Assembly: GCA_044376115.1 (NCBI GenBank) | Contig: JBILLK010000051.1 | Coordinates: forward strand, 1 to 26,623 | DNA: 26,623 bases | Direction of reading: 5' to 3' | DNA from: Polyangiaceae bacterium | GTDB taxonomy: Bacteria; Myxococcota_A; Polyangia; Polyangiales; Polyangiaceae | Shown: piece by piece, positions 16,730 to 26,498 of the stretch | Layout of the letters: the number at the start of each line of letters is the position of its first letter | Numbering within the stretch: the stretch's first letter is position 1 | Translations under genes and position numbers: made by a program | Notes under the pieces: generated by a model | What the model was told of the DNA's origin: nothing | The model's input: the letters and a program-made list of their open reading frames with translations, nothing else | Database searches by the model: none

Positions 16730-19321
16730 ATGAACAAGCTCCCCGCCTCCTGGTCCCTCCGCTACTCGCTCCCACTTGCCGCCCGCGAGGGTGTCACGGT
16801 TAGCACCGCCTCGCTGAATCTCAGCGAGCAAACGCGCGACTACCTCGATCAGAAGTACCCGAGCGGGCTGTTCCGCCACCAGCACCTAGCGGTCGAGAAG
16901 CTGCTCGCTGGCGACAACGTTTGTATCGCAACCCCCACGGCCTCCGGCAAGAGCGCAGTCTTTCAGACTGCAGCGCTCGAAATCCTGGCGCGCGATCCGG
17001 AAGCACGCATCCTTGCGCTCTATCCGATGAAAGCGCTCGGATGCGAACAAGAGGCCCGCTGGGTCGCGGCGCTCAAGGCGGCTGGCATTGCCGGCGGTGT
17101 TGGCCGAATCGATGGCAACGTGCGGGGGGCGGCGCGCAACCTCGTCTGTTCCAAGTCGCGCGTGCTGATCGCTACACCGGATGTGGTCCATACATGGCTC
17201 CTCACAAGGGCCGCTACGAAGGGCTTTGAGGCCGCCACTCGCTTCGTGCGCAACCTGCGGCTCGTCGTCGTGGATGAGGCCCACACGTACAGCGGCGTCT
17301 TCGGCTCGAACTCGGCCTTCGCCTTCCGCCGCCTTCAGCACATGGCCGGCGTGCTGGGCGGCGGCCTGCAGTGGGTCGCGTGCTCCGCGACGATGAGGGA
17401 CGCGAAGGGGCACCTCGAGCGACTGGTCGGTCGTCCGTTCGCTGTGATCGGCGAGGAGGAAGACAGCTCGCAACGGCATGAGGTCAGCATCGACATGGTC
17501 GCTCCGAACGATGGGGTCGACTTTCACAGTGGCCTCGCCGAGCTACTCGGACAATTGCGTGATAGCGGGGAGCAGTTCCTCGCGTTCTTCGACAGTCGCA
17601 AAGCGAGCGAGCAGATGGCCGCGATTCTCCATCGCGATGAGCCGGGTTCGGATACCGATGGCTTCGATCACTTGCTGGATCGCTCGGTGCTTCCGTATCG
17701 CGCCGGGTATGAAGCCGATCATCGGAAGGTCATCCAGGATCGGCTAACCGACGGCTCGTTGCGCGGCGTCTTATCAACCAGCACGCTCGAACTCGGCCTC
17801 GACCTGCCGCACCTCAAGACGGTCGTCCTGGTCGGCGTACCTAGCTCGGGTACGAACCTGCGTCAGCGGATCGGACGCGTGGGACGAAGTTGTCCGGGCC
17901 GGGTGATCGTCGTCAATACTGGCTCGCTCGGAGACACGCTCGTCTTTGAGCAGCCTTCGCAACTGCTCGCACGGCCATTGCATGAATCCACGATCTACCT
18001 CGAGAACCGGCGCATTCAGTACATCCATGCGATGGCCTTGGCGCGGATCGACGGTGAGCACGACCACGCGGCGCTCGCAGCCAAGCAGCCGAGCGCGAGC
18101 CTATTGCAGTCCGTGGCCTCCTGGCCTGAAGGCTTCCTGGCCTTGTGTGACGCGGAGCATGCAGGAGTGGTGCCGCGTGAGCTACAGGACATGCGGCGCG
18201 ACGCCGGAGAGCAACCGACGTTGACGTTCATGCTCCGGGATGTGGAGCCGCAGTTCGACGTCGAGCAGCGGTCGGGCTTTCGACGCGGGGAGAAGCTGGG
18301 CACGCTCAGTCACGGACAGGTTATGCGCGAGGCCTATCCGGGCGCGGTCTACTACTACACAGGCCGGCCCTATCGCGTAACGGGCGTGAACGTCCGCCAG
18401 CGCAAGGTCTTCGTACAGCCGTGCGCCCGCCATACTACGAAGCCGGTGCCTGTGCGATCGCAGCTCACGCCGCAGAGTCAGGTGTTCGGCGGTTTGAGGT
18501 CCGGTCAGCTCTCGGCGATTGAGTGCGAGCTGCAGCTTTGGCGCAAGGTGCTTGGCTTTTCCGAGCGGGCCGGCTCCAAGGTGGAACAGGTGAACTACCC
18601 GTGCGAAAGCCCCGTCCGCTACGAGCAACCCAACTTCTCCCGCGCGTTGTTCACGACCGGTGTGTGCCTGGCGCACCCAGAGCTCGACAGGCAAGGCGTC
18701 GACCCGGAGATGATCTCTGCGCTACTACTCGAGGCTTTCCTTCACTTCGTTCCCATCGAGCGCCAAGACGTCGACGTGGACACGGACTGCTTGCGTGCGA
18801 GCTGCGCCGGGCTCGAGAAGGGCCGGCGAATCGTCGCGCTTTTCGACCAGGCCGCTGGAGGATTGCGGATCACCGAACGCCTGAGTGACCCTGAGGTGCT
18901 TCGCTCCGTACTGGAGGGGATGGTGGCCATCATTGCCGAGCGGACGACGCTCGCGGTCAAGAATGAGGAGCGTCCGATCTCGCTCGCCACCCGGGCCGCC
19001 CTTGAGGCCATGCGCAACGACGCCCAGCAAGACGTCTTAGCGATCGAAGGCCAGTGCGACCCGCTAGCCGCGTCGGAGCGTGTGGCTGTGCTGCTCCCGA
19101 AGAGCCTCGGCGTCGTTCGCAGCAGGCCCTCGGAGCAGTTCGAGATTCACAAGGTGTTCAATCACCCGACGATGGGCGTCGCGTACCGTGGCGTATTCAT
19201 CGGCTCGAATGGCGAGCGCTCCAGTGCTCAAACCGTGACTGTCGACATGGTCGAGGGGCTTGCGGGCCACGTGGTCCAAGGGTTCTATGATCCCGAGACC
19301 GACGAGCAAGTCGCTGCTTGA
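16730..19321 (+). CDS. SF2 DEAH-box helicase, MrfA/Hrq1/DUF1998-like
   Basis: LFRHQ Q-motif, TPTASGKS, YPMKAL, TPD, DEAH..GVFGS, SAT, YRAGY, LELGLD, QRIGRVGR, EAYPGAVY, LFDQAAGG. Start re-called to ATG 16730. Confidence 0.9.
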   Translation: MNKLPASWSLRYSLPLAAREGVTVSTASLNLSEQTRDYLDQKYPSGLFRHQHLAVEKLLAGDNVCIATPTASGKSAVFQTAALEILARDPEARILALYPMKALGCEQEARWVAALKAAGIAGGVGRIDGNVRGAARNLVCSKSRVLIATPDVVHTWLLTRAATKGFEAATRFVRNLRLVVVDEAHTYSGVFGSNSAFAFRRLQHMAGVLGGGLQWVACSATMRDAKGHLERLVGRPFAVIGEEEDSSQRHEVSIDMVAPNDGVDFHSGLAELLGQLRDSGEQFLAFFDSRKASEQMAAILHRDEPGSDTDGFDHLLDRSVLPYRAGYEADHRKVIQDRLTDGSLRGVLSTSTLELGLDLPHLKTVVLVGVPSSGTNLRQRIGRVGRSCPGRVIVVNTGSLGDTLVFEQPSQLLARPLHESTIYLENRRIQYIHAMALARIDGEHDHAALAAKQPSASLLQSVASWPEGFLALCDAEHAGVVPRELQDMRRDAGEQPTLTFMLRDVEPQFDVEQRSGFRRGEKLGTLSHGQVMREAYPGAVYYYTGRPYRVTGVNVRQRKVFVQPCARHTTKPVPVRSQLTPQSQVFGGLRSGQLSAIECELQLWRKVLGFSERAGSKVEQVNYPCESPVRYEQPNFSRALFTTGVCLAHPELDRQGVDPEMISALLLEAFLHFVPIERQDVDVDTDCLRASCAGLEKGRRIVALFDQAAGGLRITERLSDPEVLRSVLEGMVAIIAERTTLAVKNEERPISLATRAALEAMRNDAQQDVLAIEGQCDPLAASERVAVLLPKSLGVVRSRPSEQFEIHKVFNHPTMGVAYRGVFIGSNGERSSAQTVTVDMVEGLAGHVVQGFYDPETDEQVAA

Positions 19322-19358
19322 TTCCTTGGGTCAGACCACAACGGTGTTTGAGCGACCC

Positions 19359-20030
19359 TCAACTCGCCTCCGCCACCACCAGACTGCTGCTAACGCTGTG
19401 CGTCCTCAGCCCCGGGTAGCAAACCGAGCTTGCACCGCAGGCGAGGCGCAAGCAGCCTCCTTGCGCCGGGGTGATCTGCGTGCGCTCGCTGAAGGTCGCG
19501 ATGATGCGACTGCTTGGCCTTAGTTGGGTCGCGAGGTTGTCCAACAGGGCGAGGGCGTCGGTTGGGTGGAGCGCCGAGAGCACGCCCTCGAGTACGACGC
19601 AGACGGGGCGTTTTGGGGCGAGTACGCGGGTGAGCCAATCGGCCTTCTCGAGGTGGCCGCTGAGCTGCCAAAGCGCCTCGTAGTCACCGTCGAAGAGCTC
19701 GCGGCGTAGTTCTGCGACGGCGGGTTCATCCACGGTGATGAAGCGAGCGTCGAGCGCTGAGACGCGCGCAAAGCGCGTCGAGAGGCCGGCTCCGATCTCG
19801 AGTACCGGTGAGCCGGGCCGAAGCTCGTGCCAAGCTGCAACCAAGCGATCGACGGCCAACGTCTCGGCGAAGGCACGGTCCATCTGCTCTTCGGACGGAA
19901 CACCGTCGATATGTTGTTCGAGGCAGTCCCAAAGGTCCGCCGCGATCGGGTCGAAGAAGGCGCCTTCACGAGCCTTTTGGCCGCGCGCGGCGAGCGAGGC
20001 GATCTGATTGAACGGTAGCTCGAGGCACAT
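19359..20030 (-). CDS. Class I SAM-dependent methyltransferase (LCM/TcmP-like)
   Basis: VLEIGAGLSTRFARV, VDEPAVAELRRELF, VVLEGVL. Confidence 0.75.
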   Translation of the reverse strand: MCLELPFNQIASLAARGQKAREGAFFDPIAADLWDCLEQHIDGVPSEEQMDRAFAETLAVDRLVAAWHELRPGSPVLEIGAGLSTRFARVSALDARFITVDEPAVAELRRELFDGDYEALWQLSGHLEKADWLTRVLAPKRPVCVVLEGVLSALHPTDALALLDNLATQLRPSSRIIATFSERTQITPAQGGCLRLACGASSVCYPGLRTHSVSSSLVVAEAS

Positions 20031-20036
20031 TGCTTA

Positions 20037-20639
20037 TTAGCTCCCACTGTAGAATTCGACGACCCGCTGCAGCTCGATCGGAAACAGGATCGAGTCCGCG
20101 TCCGGCAGCGCGCGAAGCAAGATCGCGTCGGCGCGTGGTTCGAGCCAGGAAGGGCGCTCGATCGATTGATCTGCGAGCGCGACCTTGATGTGGACGTTCT
20201 CCTGCGCGCCGGGCTTGAGCGAGATCAGTTCACCGGCGCGTGTACGGTAGGAGGCCCGGTCGACGCGGCGCCCATTGACCAGTACGAAGCCGTGATTGAC
20301 CAGTTGCCGCGCGGCCGGAATCGTCCGAGCGAAGCCCGCGCGAAACACCACGTTGTCCAGCCGGCGCTCGAGGAACTCTACGAGTCTCGGCCCTGGCGCA
20401 CCGAGCGAACGCATGGCCTCGGCCATCAGATTGGAGAGCTGCCGTTCGGACACGCCGTAGTTGGCGCGCAGCTTCTGTTTCTCGATCAGCCGCAGCTTGT
20501 ATTCAGAGACCTTCTTGCGAGCTTGACCGTGCTGCCCAGGCGGGTAGGGGCGCTTCTCGATCTTCTTGCGTGACAGGCCAGGGAGGTCGCACCCAAGGGC
20601 GCGCATGGTGCGGACGCGGGGTCCCGTTGATCGACTCAT
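20037..20639 (-). CDS. rpsD: 30S ribosomal protein S4, stand-alone paralog lacking the Zn-binding CxxC motif
   Basis: [71 protein letters not shown]. Confidence 0.97.
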   Translation of the reverse strand: MSRSTGPRVRTMRALGCDLPGLSRKKIEKRPYPPGQHGQARKKVSEYKLRLIEKQKLRANYGVSERQLSNLMAEAMRSLGAPGPRLVEFLERRLDNVVFRAGFARTIPAARQLVNHGFVLVNGRRVDRASYRTRAGELISLKPGAQENVHIKVALADQSIERPSWLEPRADAILLRALPDADSILFPIELQRVVEFYSGS

Positions 20640-20668
20640 GGGCGGACCTTAACGGTGCTTTGTTGCAA

Positions 20669-20691
20669 TTGTAAATGAAAATCATTTGCAA
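20669..20691. promoter_or_regulatory. Fur/Zur-family operator palindrome upstream of rpsD
   Basis: AT-rich TTGTAAATGA-AAA-TCATTTGCAA, 30 nt upstream of the rpsD ATG. It resembles the Fur box GATAATGATAATCATTATC. Confidence 0.7.
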
Positions 20692-20768
20692 CAAGTGGCT
20701 CTCGTTGGGAGGCCACCCACTCCGATCTCGAGCGCTTCACCGCCCAGCCCTCTTGCTACGCTGCAATG

Positions 20769-21500
20769 ATGGATAGCTGTGGGGCCATCTCGTTTTTGAA
20801 GGCGGTGCCCGCGGTGTCGAGCTTGGCGATGCGGCGCGCAGTGATCGAGCGCGAGCTGATGGGCCTAGAGGCGCCAGCGCAAGCCGTCGCGATCGAGGAA
20901 CTCGCCGTCAGCGCGAATGAGGGCAACGCCAGCGCGCGGACCGCGGTGGTGGCGCTAACCAGTTGGGTCGTGCACCGCCGCAACGCAGGGGCTGATTCAA
21001 CGCTCGATTCGATTGAGCAGGCCGCACGTCACGCGGGGCTCCTCCATGCTTGCAGCTTGGGCGGCGATGCGAGCAGTGTGAAGTCACTCGCGCCGCTTGG
21101 CCGGTTGCCGGAGGTTGGTCTCAATCGCGACGGTTACTTTCCGAAGCTTGTTCCGCCAGAGCGTGGGTCCAGGAGCGGGTGCGGTGGTGACCAGCGGGTC
21201 TTCCGTTGGTTTGCTCAGCAGGGGTTGACCTGGCTCGGCTCCGAGCTAAAGCCGCTGCCGCATTTCTTGCTGCATCCAAGCGGGCCATTCATTGCGCGGG
21301 TATTGCGCACGCCATGGATTCGAGGAGCCGACGTGATACGCGTCGCAGCCCGCAGGCCATCGACGCCCGAGATCGTGCACGCCGTCGCGATGAATGACCG
21401 TTGGTTCTACGAGCCACGGGTGCGAAGGGCCCTGGCCGAGAATCCGTTTACGGCCTCGTGGCTCTCGAGCTGGCTGCGGCTCGCGTTGCCGGCGTCTTAG
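20769..21500 (+). CDS. Hypothetical helical-repeat protein
   Basis: VLRTPWIRGADVIRVAARRP..W..VRRALAENPFT, a pattern I associate with myxobacterial hypotheticals. Extended -10 TGCTACGCT lies 6 nt upstream of ATG 20769. Confidence 0.6.
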   Translation: MDSCGAISFLKAVPAVSSLAMRRAVIERELMGLEAPAQAVAIEELAVSANEGNASARTAVVALTSWVVHRRNAGADSTLDSIEQAARHAGLLHACSLGGDASSVKSLAPLGRLPEVGLNRDGYFPKLVPPERGSRSGCGGDQRVFRWFAQQGLTWLGSELKPLPHFLLHPSGPFIARVLRTPWIRGADVIRVAARRPSTPEIVHAVAMNDRWFYEPRVRRALAENPFTASWLSSWLRLALPAS

Positions 21501-23287
21501 CTGCTGCCGGCGTCGAGTCCCAACCTGGCCAGCGCGAGCGGTTCCTCGATGCCTTTCACCGTCGCCGAGGTGCGTTCCAGCAGCGCGAAGCCGGTGGGCA
21601 GCGAATGACGATCCAACAAGCTGCTCGGTAGAACGAGCTGGCGTGGCCCTGCGAGGTGCTGAATGCGTGCGGCGCGGTTCACTGTTTGGCCGAAGTAGTC
21701 GAGCGTGCGATTGGCGGTGACGACGGTGCAGGGGCCCTCGCAAAGGCCAACCTTGATATCGAGATGCTCGGCCAGTTCGGTGCGCTGCTGAAAAGCACGC
21801 CAACCGCGGACCATCTCGGCGGCGGCCTCCACGGCATGTGCTGGGTCGACGAACACCGCCATGATCGCGTCGCCCATCGTCTTGACGATGCTGCCACCGC
21901 GCTCTTCGATGATGGTGCGACCGAAGCTGAAGGAGTCGGAGACGACGCCGAACGCCGCAGCATCTCCAACCCGCGAATAGAGCGCCGTCGAGCCGCAAAG
22001 GTCGCTGAACAGCACGGTGACGCTCGCCACTTTCAGCGCCAACCCAGGGCGCAACGCGGCCGAGCCGAACAACGCGCGAAACTCCGGCATGGTCGCGACG
22101 TCATGCGCGGTCGCTGCGTTGAAGGCCCATTCGCTGCGTTCGAGCTTGAGGTGGCGCGTGGCGCCCTCGCGGTTCTCGACCACGATGCTGGCGTTGGGAC
22201 GCACTTCGATTTGCGCCGGGGAGAGGCCGGAGTCGCTCAAGTCGAGCCGCGCCGAAGGCTCGCCATCCGCACTCACGAGTACGACCGTGCTGGCGCCTCC
22301 GCGCGCGAAGCCGCGATAGCGGCCTGGCTCTTGCGGCGCGTTCACGCTGACCTCCGTGCCCGTCGCGACCACCACTTGCGCGAGCACGTGCGGCACGAAG
22401 ATCGGACCGGCCACACACATCGGGCGATCGTCGACCGCGCGAATGGCAGGGTGGGGGAGGAAACGCGCCTCGACCGCGCGATCCAGGTCCACGCCGAAGC
22501 GAAGATCACACGCGTGACAGTGTGCTTCCAGCCCGACCTCCTCGAGGCTCAGCAGCTCCTGCGCGCTCGTTCGGCAGCTCGGGCAAAGCATGCTCCAACG
22601 CAGTTCGAGCAGCGCCGCGGGCACGGCGTCGAGGCACAAACGCAAGAGGGCGGTGCGATCAAGCTGCCAACGATCAGCCAATTCGAAGGGACGAATGGCG
22701 GTCAGGTCGAGTTCATCGGCGGTCCCAATGTGATTCACCAAGCGGTCGACCAGCCTCGGGTCGTGCTTCTCGGCCAAGGACTTGCGCAGCCCTTCGAGTC
22801 GCTGATTCACCGAGGCCGGCGGCGGGGCAAGCGACGCCAGCGCCGAGCTCGAAAGCTCCGCATCGACCGAGCGGATGTAACGCACCAAAGGTGCGACGCC
22901 CATCGTGGTCGCGGCCCAAACGATCGGCCAGGCGAGCAGCAAGCGAGGCGTCGCTTCGACACGCAGCGAGACCCGCGAGCCCGACCCTTCGTCGGTAAAG
23001 TCGTAACGCGTTCTCACCGTGCGCCCCGGTCCACCGCGCAACACGCGATAAAAGGAGAAGAAGCGATCTTGCTCCCACTCGAACGGGTGCTCCTCGTAGG
23101 TGACAGGCACACCTCCGAGCTTGCCCCGAATCAAGAAGCGCGCACCGCCTGCGCCTTCGATCGGCGTGGCCTCGAGGTGCGGGTTACCGATCGCCCGATT
23201 GAGGCGCGCCGTGTCGATTAGGCGGCCGTACATCGCCGCGCGCGAAGCCCGACAATCAATCACCCGCTCCGCGACGACGAGACTCAT
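21497..23287 (-). CDS. Class III adenylate/guanylate cyclase with SRPBCC-like and DUF5939-like N-terminal domains
   Basis: LFSDLCGST, VKTMGDAIMAVF, IKVGL, DYFGQTVNRAARIQ, VKG; CPSC..CHAC Zn-type motif. The K..D pattern suggests ATP specificity. Confidence 0.9.
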   Translation of the reverse strand: MSLVVAERVIDCRASRAAMYGRLIDTARLNRAIGNPHLEATPIEGAGGARFLIRGKLGGVPVTYEEHPFEWEQDRFFSFYRVLRGGPGRTVRTRYDFTDEGSGSRVSLRVEATPRLLLAWPIVWAATTMGVAPLVRYIRSVDAELSSSALASLAPPPASVNQRLEGLRKSLAEKHDPRLVDRLVNHIGTADELDLTAIRPFELADRWQLDRTALLRLCLDAVPAALLELRWSMLCPSCRTSAQELLSLEEVGLEAHCHACDLRFGVDLDRAVEARFLPHPAIRAVDDRPMCVAGPIFVPHVLAQVVVATGTEVSVNAPQEPGRYRGFARGGASTVVLVSADGEPSARLDLSDSGLSPAQIEVRPNASIVVENREGATRHLKLERSEWAFNAATAHDVATMPEFRALFGSAALRPGLALKVASVTVLFSDLCGSTALYSRVGDAAAFGVVSDSFSFGRTIIEERGGSIVKTMGDAIMAVFVDPAHAVEAAAEMVRGWRAFQQRTELAEHLDIKVGLCEGPCTVVTANRTLDYFGQTVNRAARIQHLAGPRQLVLPSSLLDRHSLPTGFALLERTSATVKGIEEPLALARLGLDAGSS

Positions 23288-23396
23288 ACCAACGCGAAGC
23301 TACCAGGTCTGCGCCCGTACCGGCTGCGCCGTAGCCAAGCGGTGGAGCGCGGTGCCTCTCGACTCGATTACCACCGCACTTCCGATACGCCGCCAT

Positions 23397-24842
23397 TCAA
23401 CGCGTATCCAACTTCTCCAAAAGGAAACGCAGCGTAGGTTCGAAGCGCTCGAGGTGGTCAGCGTGGCCGTGGTCGGTGGGGATGAAGCGCGTCTCCACTC
23501 CGAGCGCTTGAAGCTCGTTAGCGAAGGTCTCCGCGGGGCGGAAAAGGTCGAATTCGTCGCGCCGACCCACCGTGATCAGAATGCGACCGGAGAGCGACTG
23601 CTTCACGCGCGCGAGCATCTTCGCGTCGCGGAGCATGCCGTGCGGCGTCTTGGCGATCCATTGGGCGAGCACCGGCTCGTTAACCACGCCGGTCTCCACG
23701 TCGAAGGGAAGGCGGAAGCCACGCGGGGCCGAGCCATCGGTGGACCAGTTCGCCGCCCAACTCGTGAATTGGCCAGCACCATCCACGGCGTCCTCGATCT
23801 TGGCCCACTGGCGGACCCAAGGCTTGATGATCCGGGTGCCCGGCGAAAACAGCCATTGTTCGACGTCGGGGGCATCCGGTGAGGACGCTCCAATGGCAGA
23901 AAAAAGCTCGCTGTGTCGCATGCCGAAGGAGAGCGCGTTGTAGCCGCCCGTCGACTGGCCAATCAACGCGCGCGCGGCTGGTTTCCGCAAGATGGGCAGC
24001 TCGCGCTCGAGCGCCGGAAGCACCTTGTTGGCCATGAACGTGTCCCATTCGCCCATCACCGGCGAGTCCTCCAAGTAGGTGGAACCGAGCGGCACCGAGG
24101 TGTCGACGCCCACCAAAACGGCCTCGCGCTTCGTCTCCTTTGAAAGCTCATCGAGCCGCTCGCCCGCGTGTCGTTTACCCGTGAGGTACGACATCTCATT
24201 CGACCCGAAGCCGGGGAGCATCAGCACCACCGGATAGCGACGCTTTGAAGCGGGCTTCCACGACGCCGGCAAATACGCGCAGAAGCGGCGGTTCCCGAGC
24301 TTCGCGTCTTCTACGATCACCAGCTTGTAGCGCTCTCCTTGGCAGCGCTCGCGCGGCGGACCGCTTTGGGCCGGAGCCTGCGCAAGCTGGAGCGTGCCAC
24401 CACCCGAGTTCCCGTGCGCCATGAAGCCTTTGCCTCCGCCCTGAAACGTCGCCCAGAAGGTGTGTTCCACGTCGACGATGGCGATGGGCACAGCGTCCTT
24501 TGGTGCAGCGGGCAGCGAATAAGGAAGCTCGCGCGTGCTGGCGAGATCGACCTCGGCGTCGCTAACGACCATGCGGTCGATCATCCGCCGCAAGATAGTC
24601 AGCGAGAATTTCTCTTGCTCCTCCTCGGCGGTGCGCCACGTGAGTAGGAAACGCCCGCTCCCTCGTGCGCCCTCCGGAACGAGCACGGTCCCTGCGAGCC
24701 CTTGCTTTGCAGCTGCGACAAGCATCGGCTCCGCAACGGCGCTACTCGATGCAACCGCCGTCACGGTTGCAGTCGGTGCCACCGGCCGAGCAGGTTCACG
24801 GCACCCCAAGAGCAAAAGGCCCAAACAGAGCAGTCGACGCAT
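23397..24842 (-). CDS. Lipoprotein alpha/beta-hydrolase (putative esterase)
   Basis: MRRLLCLGLLLLGC lipobox; YLPASW..YPVVLMLPG; nucleophile GQSTG; GRRDEF; DHGH. Start re-called to ATG 24842. Confidence 0.85.
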   Translation of the reverse strand: MRRLLCLGLLLLGCREPARPVAPTATVTAVASSSAVAEPMLVAAAKQGLAGTVLVPEGARGSGRFLLTWRTAEEEQEKFSLTILRRMIDRMVVSDAEVDLASTRELPYSLPAAPKDAVPIAIVDVEHTFWATFQGGGKGFMAHGNSGGGTLQLAQAPAQSGPPRERCQGERYKLVIVEDAKLGNRRFCAYLPASWKPASKRRYPVVLMLPGFGSNEMSYLTGKRHAGERLDELSKETKREAVLVGVDTSVPLGSTYLEDSPVMGEWDTFMANKVLPALERELPILRKPAARALIGQSTGGYNALSFGMRHSELFSAIGASSPDAPDVEQWLFSPGTRIIKPWVRQWAKIEDAVDGAGQFTSWAANWSTDGSAPRGFRLPFDVETGVVNEPVLAQWIAKTPHGMLRDAKMLARVKQSLSGRILITVGRRDEFDLFRPAETFANELQALGVETRFIPTDHGHADHLERFEPTLRFLLEKLDTR

Positions 24843-24925
24843 GCGCGCGAAGCTACCAGGTCGCAAAGCGAGGACCAGCCGCGACCGGAGCGAGTATCAG
24901 CCTTTTGTCCCCAGTTCCAAGGGCG

Positions 24926-26498
24926 TTACAGCGCCGTGAACGCGAGCGCCATCTCGAGCTCCGGATCGGCGCCGTTCGCCAGCGCGGATGCAGCGATCGG
25001 CACCGTGAGGTCGGGAATCACGCCTACGCCGTGGAACGTTGAGCCGTCCGGCTGAAGCACCTCCAGGCCGGTGAAAGTCAAACCGAACGCACCGGGCAGC
25101 AGCACGCCGGTGATGTTCCCGTTGGCGCCGGCCGAGGGATTGCCGACCACGGTGACGCGCCCGGCGGCCTGCAGCGTTAGGACCAAGTGTTCGGCGGCAG
25201 ATTGTGTGTGCGGTGAAACCAGTACCACCACGGGACCCGCAAAGCCGCTCGGGTTGGCGGGCCAGGTTTGGGGGAGCGGCGCGACGCTCGTGCCGAGGAC
25301 CGTGGAACTTGCGATCCTCATCGGCACTCCGCTCGATCCATCGACGAGCAGCGAAGGAACGAACTCCCACGCGGCGGCTCCGGGGTAGCCCCGCACATCG
25401 AGCACGAGGCGGCTCGCCGTCGCGAGGTCTGCTTCGATCGCAGGAAGGTCGGCTTCGCTCAGTACCTGACCCGAGATATTGACGTAGTAGGTCGTATCGG
25501 CTCCGAGGTCGCTCAGAAATCCGTGGCTGCGCGCTGGGAAGGGCGGATAGCCAAGCGTCGAAAACTCGGGATCGACCATCACACTGCGCAGCTCTCCGGC
25601 GGCGCTGCGAACGATGAACTCGGCTGGCCCTTCGAACTCCAAGAGTGCGTCTGCTTCGTTTCGAAAGCGACTCGAAGCGCTGGAGGCAATCCGCTCGCCG
25701 CGCAGCTGCATCGCGACGGCCACCGGTACCCCATCAAGCTCTACCAACGTATCGCCGGGCGCGAAGTTCGCGTCGTTCGAGAGCCGCACGACCGGCTCGC
25801 CCGTGCTCGACCTCTCGAGGAAGAGCGCCAGCCGCGCGCGCGGCTCGCTAGCGAATTGCAGGACAAACCCGTGGCTGTCGTGCAGGCCGTGAGCGAGCTG
25901 ACCGATCTCGCGCGCGAGCGCCTCACGTGCGTCTTCGTCGGTGCGCGCTAGCGCGACCACTTGTTCGAGCCGCGGATCGAAGTCGTCCTCAACCACGCTC
26001 CAATACGGGAAGAACTGCCGAGCTGCGCCGTGCGCGATCACGAGCGCCGCGACGCGTGCAGCGAGGTCAGCGTCATTGTCCGGGAGCACGCTCTCGTTCG
26101 GAAACTCGAGTAGATCGTCGCGGCTCACCACGCCCGCGAGCGGGCTAAGCGCACCGAGCTCGAGCAGCGCAGCCGCAAGCCGAGATCGCTCCTCGAAGTC
26201 CATGAGGCCGGCTTCTTCGCTTGCCGCTACGTCGGGCTCGACCCGGTCGGGAAGCGGGCCGTCTTCCCCAAGCACCGTCATCGTACGTTGATAAACGACG
26301 CGATCGCTCAGTTGGGCGGCCGAAAGTTCGGCCGTCTTGGCCATGATTGGTGCTCCGAGGATTGCGGCGCGCCCTGCGGTACGCAACGCGAGAGCAAATC
26401 GCGCTGCGCTGGGTGGTAGCTGTTGCGGAACACGGATCGCTAGCGGCTTTGCGCTGGTAGCGTCTCCGGTCCAGGTCGTTAGCGGCGCCGTCTCGATG
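24926..26498 (-). pseudogene. S41-family peptidase, 5'-truncated by an IS256 insertion
   Basis: FFPYW, LHDSH, PDZ-like PGDTLVELDG, LVLDVRGYP, TQSAAE, SAGANG, GVIPD. The frame stays open and protein-like up to the IS end at 26499, with no signal peptide or convincing start. Confidence 0.75.

Noticed and set aside
16730..19321. DISARM, Druantia or BREX (BrxL Lon) system call
   Set aside because: Required partner genes (drmA/C/D, druA-D, pglX/pglZ/brxC) are not visible, and the Lon protein lacks the BrxL AAA+ region.
21656..23221. 521-aa plus-strand ORF and similar long antisense ORFs across the window
   Set aside because: High-GC antisense shadows of well-supported genes on the opposite strand.
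21497..23287. Pycsar-type defence cyclase
   Set aside because: The domain layout is that of a common signalling class III cyclase, it lies outside the island, and there is no adjacent TIR or TM effector.
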